A stretch of DNA of 34,170 nt from assembly GCA_043812975.1 (NCBI GenBank), contig JBDRLP010000014.1, positions 1-34,170 on the forward strand. The letters are read 5' to 3'. Shown in pieces: positions 1-9,300 of the stretch. Made by a program: the position numbers and the translations under genes. The notes beneath the pieces are model-generated. The model was given only the letters and a program-made list of their open reading frames with translations, searched no databases and was not told the origin of the DNA. Positions within the stretch are counted from its first letter, which is position 1; every line of letters starts with the position of its first letter. Source of the DNA: Candidatus Iainarchaeum sp. (GTDB taxonomy: Archaea; Iainarchaeota; Iainarchaeia; Iainarchaeales; Iainarchaeaceae).

Positions 1-3000
1 AGTGTTCAGACACTCACAAATATTCAGTCTTCCGTCTCCGAAAGTATTGAACTCCCGGTCAATATTTTCAACAGACTCTAACAATGACCAGTAATCCTTT
101 ATTACCATTGGGAAATTGGTTGTTCTCTGTTCTCCGCTTGGGGTTGTAAAGTTAACTCTAAGGTTTGTTCTTCCTTCTGCAGTGAACATTCCTGATGAAA
201 GGAAATACCTTAAGTTTCCAATATTTGCATAATCGTTAGCTGAAAAGAACTCAGCTGCAGGAGCATTGTTCTTGTATCTTTTTAGTGCTTTAACAAGTTC
301 AAATGTCATTACTTGTGTTGCTCTTCCGTTTGGGCCTGTAATAAATTCTTCATTTAGTACGCCCCAGCTTTCAATCATTTCTCTGAAACCAGAACCAGCA
401 TCTGTTGGTGTTGTTACTCCGGTTCCTCCAAACATTATTGCGTTGTTGCTGAACGGCAAAAATACTCCTTGGTCGAAGCAGGAGTTAATAACTTTTAATT
501 CAACTGGTTTTCCAAAGAAATTATTAAAGTTAAGAGTTCTTGAAGGGCTTACTGAAATACAATCCCTGTAATTCTTTGCCTGTTCATTGGTAATGTTAAC
601 ATTAAGTGTTGCAATGTCAATTGATTTTTCATTGCTTTCGCTTGGCTTAGCTTTAATTCCTAATTGGTATTTTCCAAAGAAGTTTGTTGGTTCTATTTTA
701 ATTGTTTCTTCTTCTCCGGGTTCAATAGTAATTGTTTTTTCTGCAACTGTAATTCCAGGTTGTGGATCAAAGCTCAAATCAATTGGGCTTTCACAGTTAT
801 TTCTTACTTCAAAGCCGCCTTCGTTACAGTTCCATGAATTATTGAATGACGCGTTGTAAGCTCCTCCTGAATAACCTCCGACTCCGCCGTAACCGCCACT
901 TATTCCGCCAAGGTTTCCACCATAGCCCCCTCCGTAATAGCCACTGCCATAAGAAGGGTTATTGTAAGAACCGCCATAATTACCATTTAAGTACGGAGCA
1001 GCATAACCTGCTGAAGGATAATAACTGTTCTGATAATTATTGATTGAGTTAGCTCCTTGGTAATCGTAATAAGAGTCTCCTGCTATTGGTCCCTGTCTGT
1101 AATCAGAACCGATGTATGGAGGCAATCCTGTCCCATAACCATACTGGCTTGAGTAAGGGTCATAAGCTGAGTACTGTGAATTATTGTACTGTGAAAACTG
1201 ACCTCCGCCGTAATTTCCATATCCTGTGTTGAATGGACAACTGTTAATCACAATCTCCCTGTTGGTTAGTATTTCCACACATTCGGATAGATTATTGATA
1301 TTCAAACTAACATCTATCTTTTGGGTTAGTTCTTCTTCTCCGTTTGCTGTTAAGTGAATAGCTTTAATTTCTACCTTTACTTCTGATGCGCCTGAAATAA
1401 TATTGTCTGGTTTGAATTCAAGTGTAATTGTTTCTTCAGCACTTTCATTCAAAAGAGGTGCAAGTTCTTTGTAGAGATTATCAACAGGAACAGCAGTTCC
1501 ATTTTCTATTGTACTGCTTGCTCTGAAAGTTCCAAACAAATTATCGTTTCCTGAAACAAGTCTTACACTTGGGCTTCTCAAACTAACTTTTTCACCGTTA
1601 ACTTTACAATTATTTGTAACTGTGAAGTTCATTGTTTTGGTTTCTGTTGTTGAACCAAATATTCCCCATTCTCCCGGGAACACATTGAAACAACCTGAAT
1701 CATCAACTTCATCTCCGAAACCAATTCTTAGTTCCATTGGGATTGAAGCTAACCAAGTTTGTTCAAAGCTTGAGTTTGAAACATAAATATTAATAGAACC
1801 CTGCAGTTTTAGTGGTTCTGCAATTATTTTTCCAAGAGAACCTAAGCTTATTTTTCCTGCAAGCACTGAATTTCCATCAACATTAATTCTTGTGCCTTCT
1901 GTTGGTTCATCAAACCTGATATCAGCAAATCCTTCAAAGTCTCTGCTCATTGAAACACTGTCAACATCAAGTGGTATTTGTGAAAGATTCAGTAAGTCAG
2001 CATCTATTGTTTTGAAATCAGTGCCTCCAACAGATAATGAAAGCTTTATTGTTTCTGGGTTAGCAACCAGTATGTTTGAAGTAATTTTCAATTGTTTTTC
2101 TGTTGGCTTGTAACCTGTTTTTTCAACAAGAACCCCAACAACAGTTCCTTCTGCCGGGGAAAGTAATGTGTAAGCAAATACTCCTTCTGCATTTGTCTGA
2201 CCTGAAGCAATTATTTCAGCATTCTTTTTAATGCTAACAAATGCGTTTGAAATTGTGTTTGTGGAGTTATCATCAGTAACTCTCACTAATAAGTTGTTGT
2301 TGATTAATGGTACAATTATTTTTGGTAAAACATCGATATTAAGTTCCTCTGCAGGAAGTATCTTTACAAAGATTGTTTTCTTGTAAACCTCAATTGCATT
2401 TTCTGTTCCGGAAATAACTGAAATTTCAAGCGGAATTGTTCCTTCTTTTTTTGTCTCAAAAATAATTTCTCCGCCCACAACAGAATCTTTTCTTAGTTCT
2501 CCGACCGCTACTGAAACCTCAGACCCGACTCCCTGGCCTTCTCTTTCTTCACCAAGAGCTGTTTTGATTTTGTAAGAGTCAATAGAAATACCACTGCTTC
2601 TGTCCTTAATGCTCAATTGGGTTGCGCTTAATGGTGTTTCTGAAACACTGGAAATATCAAATATCAATCTGTACTTGTTGCTGATTTGGGCAGTGTAATC
2701 ATCCAAAATACTGGATGTCAGGTTTTCTCTCAAATCAGTTATTGAATAGTTTGAACAGAATTCTTCTCCGCATAAGGATGAAGGTCCTGCTGTATAAGTT
2801 CTTTTTGAAGCATTAGCGTACAATCCTTGTTTTTCTCCTTTTGAAGCAGAGGTTCCTAAAACTGCATCACTAGGCACTCTGATATAACCGCCGCTTTTTC
2901 CATAAGCCCTGTACCAAATATCCAATAATGAACCGATTTTTGCTTCACTTTTAATCTGAATATCAGCTTCTATTTCAATAATGCCCCCAACAACATTGCT

Positions 3001-5136
3001 GAAAGCAATGTTCGCCCATTTAGCGTTTCCGGTTGTCTGATGCTGGAAATCAGTTGTTTCTCCTGTTGGGGCGGTGTAAGATGTTCCTTTTGCAATTGAA
3101 TCATAAGCAGCCATAACATTGGTAATGTAAAGCAGATCTTTTTCCATTACTTGGTTATCTTCCTTGCCGGTTCTGATGTGGACTCCTGCTTCTTCAAAGC
3201 TTGAATTACTTGGAACAAGCATTCTAAGTTTAGCAGTATAAGTCTGGCCAGGGTTTAGAGCTCTGTCTGATTCTGAAACACTTTCACCCCCTACATACAA
3301 ACCATCAAGTTCAATACCAAATGTCTGAATGTCGGTTGTTAAAGTAATTCTTTTTTGAATTGTAACATCTTTCTGTAAACCAATCGGGGTTGTTGTTGTA
3401 CTAGCCAAATCATTTGCTGAAACAATAAGGAAAACAACCTTGTCAGCTCTTACAGTAATGTTTTTTTTACCGTCAGAATCTGTTGAAACTTCCTGTAATA
3501 ATTGTCCTGAAAAAAAGTCAACTACTTTTATGGTTGCAGCAGTAACAGGTTTTCCCTGATCATCACTTACAGTTGCTTCAATTTTTCCTGAACCAATAGA
3601 GAGTCTGATTTCGAGAACGTTTTCACTTCTATTATCAAGATTTATTGGGTCGCTTGTGTTTTCTGCAAAACCAGGCTTAACTGCATAAACATAATACAAA
3701 CCGTTTTCTACTCTGTCAAAGATTCCTCTTCCATCTAATCCTGTTACAAGTTCCTGTCCAACCTGTGTTCCGTCAGAGTTCGCTTTTAGTTTTAATCTCA
3801 CATTCTCAACAGGCTTACCAGTCTCATCAATAACTGTAACAAGTAAACTTTCACTGTTTTCAAGAGTTGCCTGTTCCAACTCAACCTGCCTGAAATCAGT
3901 TGATGGTCTCATATTTAATGTTTCAATTAAGTAACCTGCTTTATCAATCATTAAATCGTATTCAACATCTTCTCCTACACTGAATTCTACTTTTCCATCT
4001 GCTCCTGTGTAATTACTTGTTATTTTAGTTTCTCCTTTTGAAAGAGTAACCAAAGCATTCTGAACAGTATCTCCTGTGTCTTTATCTTTTACTAAAAGTT
4101 TAATTGAACCAACAACATTATCTGCAAGTAAAACAGCAAACTCTGTGCTTTCGTTTTCAAGAACTTCCTGAATAATCCCTAAGGCTTTTCCATCATATTC
4201 TCCGTAAACTCCGCTTCGGTCATAAGCGACAATGTAAAACCTTCCTGAAGGAATTGAATTGAAAATTGCTGTTCCTGAAGCACTTGTCTGTTTTGAATCT
4301 AAAATAGTTCCTACTCCTCCTGTTTCAGAAGCAAGGTAAAGAGAAACATCAATTGCTGCAAGGGTTTCACTTCTGCTGTTCATAACAGTTACAAACACGC
4401 TTCCATGTCCCTGTTCGGGTTCTTCTAGGAAAAGATCAAATGATGTTTCTGATGAAAGAGAAATTGAATCATCACTTAAAGTATAATTCCCAAAAACTCT
4501 TGTTGTTAATGTTACACAATTACTCGGAACATCTAATTCAATTATTCCATTGGAAGTGCTTTCAATTGTTGTGAAGCTTGTCCCTGTACAGGAAAACTCT
4601 ACTTCTAAAAATTCATCAATCAATCTTGTTGTGCCTGCTTTCATCAGATTAATTGTTTTTCTTAGTGTAACAAGTTCTTTTTGCATTGTTATTGTTAGTT
4701 CTTCCCCGCTTTCTTTAGCAGTGTAAAAAACAGTTTTATCATTCATGCCTACTGCGATTACATTAATTTCAACTTCTTCATTAAGCGGTAATTGTAAATC
4801 AGCTATTCCAACAGCATTTGTTGTTGTTTCATCAACAAGTTCTCCATTAAGAGTTGCTTTTATTGCTGCAGCACTTACAACCGCTCCGGTATTATCCTGA
4901 ACAAATATTTCTATATTTGCTGCTCCGAAAAATAAGGAACTTATTCCCCAGACAATAAGTAAAAGAACAACGAGTGAAAATAAAATTGCTATTGGAAATG
5001 AAGGTATGTTCTGGGCTTCTATTGCATCAACAACCTTGTAAACAGGTAATCCTTTGTCATCAAGCCAGTCAAGAACAGAATAATATTTTTCCTCTGCTTT
5101 ACTATAAAAGTCCTTAATCGAGTCAGACAAGCCCAT
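1..5136 (-). CDS. Giant membrane-anchored surface protein (>=1712 aa, C-terminus beyond the left window edge); paralog of 6395..14797; carboxypeptidase-regulatory/Ig-like repeats
   Basis: Manual translation from ATG at 5136: MGLSDSIKDFYSKAEEKYYSVLDWLDDKGLPVYKVVDAIEAQNIPSFPIAILFSLVVLLLIVWG. The frame was open at every point checked down to base 1 (...DREFNTFGDGRLNICECLNT). Absence from the ORF track is consistent with no in-window stop. Beta-sandwich motifs such as VTVIDETGKPVENVRLKL and IDKAGY. Confidence 0.92.
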   Translation of the reverse strand, partial: MGLSDSIKDFYSKAEEKYYSVLDWLDDKGLPVYKVVDAIEAQNIPSFPIAILFSLVVLLLIVWGISSLFFGAANIEIFVQDNTGAVVSAAAIKATLNGELVDETTTNAVGIADLQLPLNEEVEINVIAVGMNDKTVFYTAKESGEELTITMQKELVTLRKTINLMKAGTTRLIDEFLEVEFSCTGTSFTTIESTSNGIIELDVPSNCVTLTTRVFGNYTLSDDSISLSSETSFDLFLEEPEQGHGSVFVTVMNSRSETLAAIDVSLYLASETGGVGTILDSKQTSASGTAIFNSIPSGRFYIVAYDRSGVYGEYDGKALGIIQEVLENESTEFAVLLADNVVGSIKLLVKDKDTGDTVQNALVTLSKGETKITSNYTGADGKVEFSVGEDVEYDLMIDKAGYLIETLNMRPSTDFRQVELEQATLENSESLLVTVIDETGKPVENVRLKLKANSDGTQVGQELVTGLDGRGIFDRVENGLYYVYAVKPGFAENTSDPINLDNRSENVLEIRLSIGSGKIEATVSDDQGKPVTAATIKVVDFFSGQLLQEVSTDSDGKKNITVRADKVVFLIVSANDLASTTTTPIGLQKDVTIQKRITLTTDIQTFGIELDGLYVGGESVSESDRALNPGQTYTAKLRMLVPSNSSFEEAGVHIRTGKEDNQVMEKDLLYITNVMAAYDSIAKGTSYTAPTGETTDFQHQTTGNAKWANIAFSNVVGGIIEIEADIQIKSEAKIGSLLDIWYRAYGKSGGYIRVPSDAVLGTSASKGEKQGLYANASKRTYTAGPSSLCGEEFCSNYSITDLRENLTSSILDDYTAQISNKYRLIFDISSVSETPLSATQLSIKDRSSGISIDSYKIKTALGEEREGQGVGSEVSVAVGELRKDSVVGGEIIFETKKEGTIPLEISVISGTENAIEVYKKTIFVKILPAEELNIDVLPKIIVPLINNNLLVRVTDDNSTNTISNAFVSIKKNAEIIASGQTNAEGVFAYTLLSPAEGTVVGVLVEKTGYKPTEKQLKITSNILVANPETIKLSLSVGGTDFKTIDADLLNLSQIPLDVDSVSMSRDFEGFADIRFDEPTEGTRINVDGNSVLAGKISLGSLGKIIAEPLKLQGSINIYVSNSSFEQTWLASIPMELRIGFGDEVDDSGCFNVFPGEWGIFGSTTETKTMNFTVTNNCKVNGEKVSLRSPSVRLVSGNDNLFGTFRASSTIENGTAVPVDNLYKELAPLLNESAEETITLEFKPDNIISGASEVKVEIKAIHLTANGEEELTQKIDVSLNINNLSECVEILTNREIVINSCPFNTGYGNYGGGQFSQYNNSQYSAYDPYSSQYGYGTGLPPYIGSDYRQGPIAGDSYYDYQGANSINNYQNSYYPSAGYAAPYLNGNYGGSYNNPSYGSGYYGGGYGGNLGGISGGYGGVGGYSGGAYNASFNNSWNCNEGGFEVRNNCESPIDLSFDPQPGITVAEKTITIEPGEEETIKIEPTNFFGKYQLGIKAKPSESNEKSIDIATLNVNITNEQAKNYRDCISVSPSRTLNFNNFFGKPVELKVINSCFDQGVFLPFSNNAIMFGGTGVTTPTDAGSGFREMIESWGVLNEEFITGPNGRATQVMTFELVKALKRYKNNAPAAEFFSANDYANIGNLRYFLSSGMFTAEGRTNLRVNFTTPSGEQRTTNFPMVIKDYWSLLESVENIDREFNTFGDGRLNICECLNT

Positions 5137-5223
5137 CAAATCACTGAATCATTAAATGCAATTAATGTATATATTATTAATTGTATTACGTCTTTCCATT
5201 TAAAGATATCTATTCTACTTAAA

Positions 5224-5287
5224 TTTGTTTGCTAATTTAGGAATTTTTTCAGACTTTTGTTTGCTAATTTAGGAATTTTTTCAGGCT
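5224..5287. repeat. Tandem 32-bp duplication covering the stop codon of 5264..6358
   Basis: tttgtttgctaatttaggaattttttcag(a/g)ct at 5224-5255 and 5256-5287, 31/32 identical. Confidence 0.92.
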
Positions 5288-6358
5288 TACTCCGTAAATA
5301 TGATTGTTTGGATCTCCTGATTCACCGTCGCCGCTCACCATGTATTTTGGATCCTTTTCCTTAAAATAAATTTTCACTTCATAATTATCAATTTCAGGAA
5401 TAATACTTGGGTCAGCTCCGGAAAGAGGAATTGCTCTAACTCTAAGCTCAACAAATTCAAAGTCAGGGTCACTATCAAGACCGGCATCACGAATAATCTG
5501 CCTAACTTCGCCTTCTAAAAGGCTTTCAGCATCACCTTTTTCTTTGATTTTTATTTTTCCATCTTCCAATCTAGGATTGTTTCTAATTCGGTTGCCGACT
5601 TCCTTTGCAGCAGCCAAAGCTTTGAATAATCTTAACGGAACATAAACCCTGAATCTTCCTCTTGGAAGAATTGCTTCTTTCAAAACTTTTCCTGTTTGCG
5701 AATTTTCAACTTTTACAAGAGGGAACTTTTCATATTCCTCATCAGTCATAATGTCAGGACTTAAATCCATTGTGAGATAAAATGTTCCTGTGCAGTTTCC
5801 AAAGTTTCCGTTTTCGCAGTCAATTACCTCAAAAAAGTTTTCCAGATGACCTCCTTGAATCTGTTTGTTAAGGTTGGTTTGTAAAGTTACTTCCAGTGCT
5901 TCCTGATTAGTTTGTTCTAAATCAATCAAAAAACCTCTTGCATCAGGAGTTTTTTGAAGAATAGAATTCAGGTGTCTTGCTGCTCTTAATGCAAAATTGT
6001 TTTTTCCATCAGCCCCAACACCAAACCTGTCTGCAACAAATTCAGCTTGAAGTTCATCCCAGTCTATTGGTATGTTAATAAATTTTGTATAAACATCATC
6101 CGGCAGACCATCACTTGGTTCCCTGTCTCTTGTTGAAAAATCTTCGATGCTGTATCTTATTCCGTAATTAAAAACCTGTAATGCATCAGCCCTTGCAAGA
6201 TCAGCTACTGCCTGCATTTCTTCCTGTCCTGAAATATCAGAAATAATATCAGAAACAGTTCTCTCTGTTGAAATCATTGACTGAACAAGTAACAATGAAA
6301 GCATTATCAGTACAAAAGCAATCAATGCAGTAAAAAGTGTGAAACCTTTTGAATTCAT
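5264..6358 (-). CDS. Large pilin-like protein with class III signal peptide (364 aa)
   Basis: MNSKG|FTLFTALIAFVLIMLSLLLVQ: short basic leader, KG cleavage site, hydrophobic helix, then a soluble domain with a Cys pair. Confidence 0.75.
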   Translation of the reverse strand: MNSKGFTLFTALIAFVLIMLSLLLVQSMISTERTVSDIISDISGQEEMQAVADLARADALQVFNYGIRYSIEDFSTRDREPSDGLPDDVYTKFINIPIDWDELQAEFVADRFGVGADGKNNFALRAARHLNSILQKTPDARGFLIDLEQTNQEALEVTLQTNLNKQIQGGHLENFFEVIDCENGNFGNCTGTFYLTMDLSPDIMTDEEYEKFPLVKVENSQTGKVLKEAILPRGRFRVYVPLRLFKALAAAKEVGNRIRNNPRLEDGKIKIKEKGDAESLLEGEVRQIIRDAGLDSDPDFEFVELRVRAIPLSGADPSIIPEIDNYEVKIYFKEKDPKYMVSGDGESGDPNNHIYGVSLKKFLN

Positions 6359-6381
6359 GTTTTATTAATAGTTAAAAGAGA

Positions 6382-6389
6382 TATATAAA
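6382..6389 (-). promoter_or_regulatory. Archaeal TATA box for 5264..6358 (probably leaderless transcript)
   Basis: TTTATATA on the minus strand, 23 nt upstream of ATG 6358; the same octamer precedes two other pilin genes. Confidence 0.55.
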
Positions 6390-6394
6390 TAACT

Positions 6395-9300
6395 CTAGGG
6401 TGATGTAATTCCGAATTTATACCCTTCCCAGGCAGTATAAACTTCTGCAAATTCAGTTGGCTTTAAGTCTATGAAATTTGAAGGCATATTGCTTGTGTCC
6501 TGATTGTACTTTGCAAAGTAACATTCAGGCGTATCTACACATTCTTCCTGATAAGAAACAAGTTTGTTCATAGCACATGTTGCATTATTGAAAGGGCTTC
6601 TTGTTGTCTGATTTGTTGAGTTACAACCAAACATGTACTGGTTTTGTAAATTAGGATCTAAACCTAAACCGCTTTTTGCTATTCCAAGTGAAGTTAATAA
6701 TGCTTCAAAGTTCAGTGGCTGAGTAATTTCGCTTTGTTTAGCTTCTACAGCCTGAGCAATTAAACCGCCATACCTATCCCCGTTTGCCTGCTCTTCTAAG
6801 TAACTCTTTGCAATAGCAACATGCTGGTTCTTTGTTGAACTATTTCTTAGGAATGGTTTCGGGAATTCGCTTTCATTTTCAACTTCTGGGATTAAACCAG
6901 GGAATGATCCCCCGATTCCTTTATTGAAGTTAGGGGCTTTACAATCGTTTAACACAAATTTTTCTATGTCAGGTTCTTTTGGAATTGTATCTCTTAATCC
7001 TAATGTAAACAATGTACTTTGATCATCAGCAACCGAAACAGCTACACTATAAGTTCTGTAATTTCTGATTGTTGCTGTTGATGGTTCTAATTCAAAAGTT
7101 GGTCCAAAGAAGTCTAATTGTGCTTTCTTCAGATCATCCTCTCTTGTGCTTATGGTTCCTGTGTTTGTCAATTTATCAAGTTCTTTGTCAAGTACAAAAT
7201 CGTATGCTTTTAGTCCGACCCAGTTTGAAAGTAATCCGAATGCTCCTTCTTTAACAACATTCCATGCAAGTTTTCCTAAACTTCTGAAACTAAAAAGCCT
7301 TGGTCTTGCGCTTGATGGATCAAATGCCTCAGTAGCAGCCTGAGTAAGTCTTCCTGCTGAAAGTTTGTTTGTTTTTTTAGCAACTGCTTCAATAAAGTCA
7401 TCTGCTGCGTTCGCTGCGCCTGCAGTGGCTCTTGGGAATGCTGAACTGCCATCAGTTAATGCTTGTTTAGTGTATCTTGTTAAGATTTCTTCCATTTCCT
7501 GCAGTGCTTGTGTTTGCTGTGCCTGACTTACCTTTGCAGTATATGAAGTTACTGTTCTTGATCCTTTACCCACACTTTTTACATCAGTTTCGGCAATTTT
7601 AATTTTTACTTGTTTAAGTTCATCAAGAATGTCTATTGGAAGGTTAGCCCTGTCAACACCGATTTCAGTCAAGTATCTTCCAATTGCTCTTTCCCTTAAT
7701 GGCCCTGTTACTGAAGTTTCAAGTTTTCTTGTAAGTGCCCCTCCTGTATTATTGAATTGATTTTCTGTAATTCCAAATGGCAGATTATCGCTTGCAAGAC
7801 TTCCCAAATTCATTTTTCCTGAAATTTCTCCAGCTACTTCATCTGCAAGTTCTGATGCTTTTATTGGAGAACCTGGGGCAATGTTTCCTCTCATCTGAAC
7901 AAACTCGCTTAGAATTTTTTCATTCTGTCCTGTTTTTTGTATTGCTGCTTCAACAGCCGCGCCTATTTCTTCCTGAGTTACTGATTTTCCAACACGTGCA
8001 AGTCTTGATTTTTGTTTAAGTGTTTCAGTAATGTTTGCTTTAATGTTTTTTTGTAAGTCAGAGTTAAGGTTTCTGATAAATTTACTTCTTAAAAATGCAT
8101 TTCCTCCTGCTCCCTCAAACACTTGCGTGTTAAACTTGTTTGCAATGGTTGTGGCTATATTATCTGAAAGGCCCCCGACCTGTGAAGCATTAATTGCTTT
8201 GGCTCCGTAAGTCTGGCTTGCAGCAAGTATCGAATCATTCACAACTGCTGCTGGCACAAATGCATCAATAATATTTTCAGGAACACTTTCCCCAGATGGA
8301 GCATTTAATGCCGCAGCAGTATCATCTAAGCCTTCAACCCCTAGGAAAGAGAACACTGTCTTTACTGTGTCTCCCAAATAACCCATTGCATCTTTAATGT
8401 ATTCAGTGGCTTTTCCTAATAAAGATGAAGCAAAATCAAAAACATCAGAAATATACGGTAAGTCTCTTCCTAAAAGTGTAAAGTACGGGATTCCACAATC
8501 AAACAATAGATTGAACACTGCTCCGCCCCAACCAATAATAGGTCTTGCAAGGGAAGTTGCTAAACTTGTTGCACTGCACGCTCCCATGTAGAAATGTGAT
8601 GCTTTATCTTTTGCGTTTGCAACAGGTTCAGAATCGCCTTTGCGTGTTGATGCAGTTCCGCCCAGGATTTCATCAGCTGTACTGGAAACCTTAGCCGATC
8701 TTGACATTTTCAGGAAATCATCCAAAGTCAATTCTTCATCAGGCTTACCATTCCACACAAATGTTGCGTAATAAGTTTTTCCCTGTTCTAAATCAGCAAG
8801 TTTTTCAGTAAACTCAAGCGGATGTATTCCGCAAACTTCAAGAGGAATTTCTTTAGGTATCGGTTTCTTCCCTTCACCTTCAATTCTTTTTACTTCCACA
8901 ACAACTGTTTTTCCCTGAGCATTCTGTAATTGTGAATCTCCTTCAACACAAATCCTTGCTTTTCCTGTGAAGTTGTTTTTCTCCTCATCTAATTCTGAAA
9001 TTGAAACCTCAGTAATCCTGTTATCAGATTCTTCTTCAAAAAAGAACGGGCTTTCTTTTGTAATTCCGCTTATTGGTGTTGATTGCTTTCCTTCAAGGCT
9101 TACTCTTTCCTTGATGCTGCTTGTAATTGTTAAATCAGTACACTGAGCACTACCATAACCAACCTGTATTTTATCGCCAGGAACAACGTCTATAGTTCCA
9201 AAGTCAAGTTTGCCTTTTAATAAGAAATAACTTTCATCCTCAGAAATACAACCATCAATTGCATTATCCCTTAAACCTGCAATTGCATCTGCTGCTTCCG

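Noticed and set aside
266..2113. Plus-strand ORFs 266..571, 587..859, 846..1043, 1892..2113
   Set aside because: Antisense shadows of the giant minus-strand ORF 1..5136; S/F/P-rich composition typical of reverse-complement frames.
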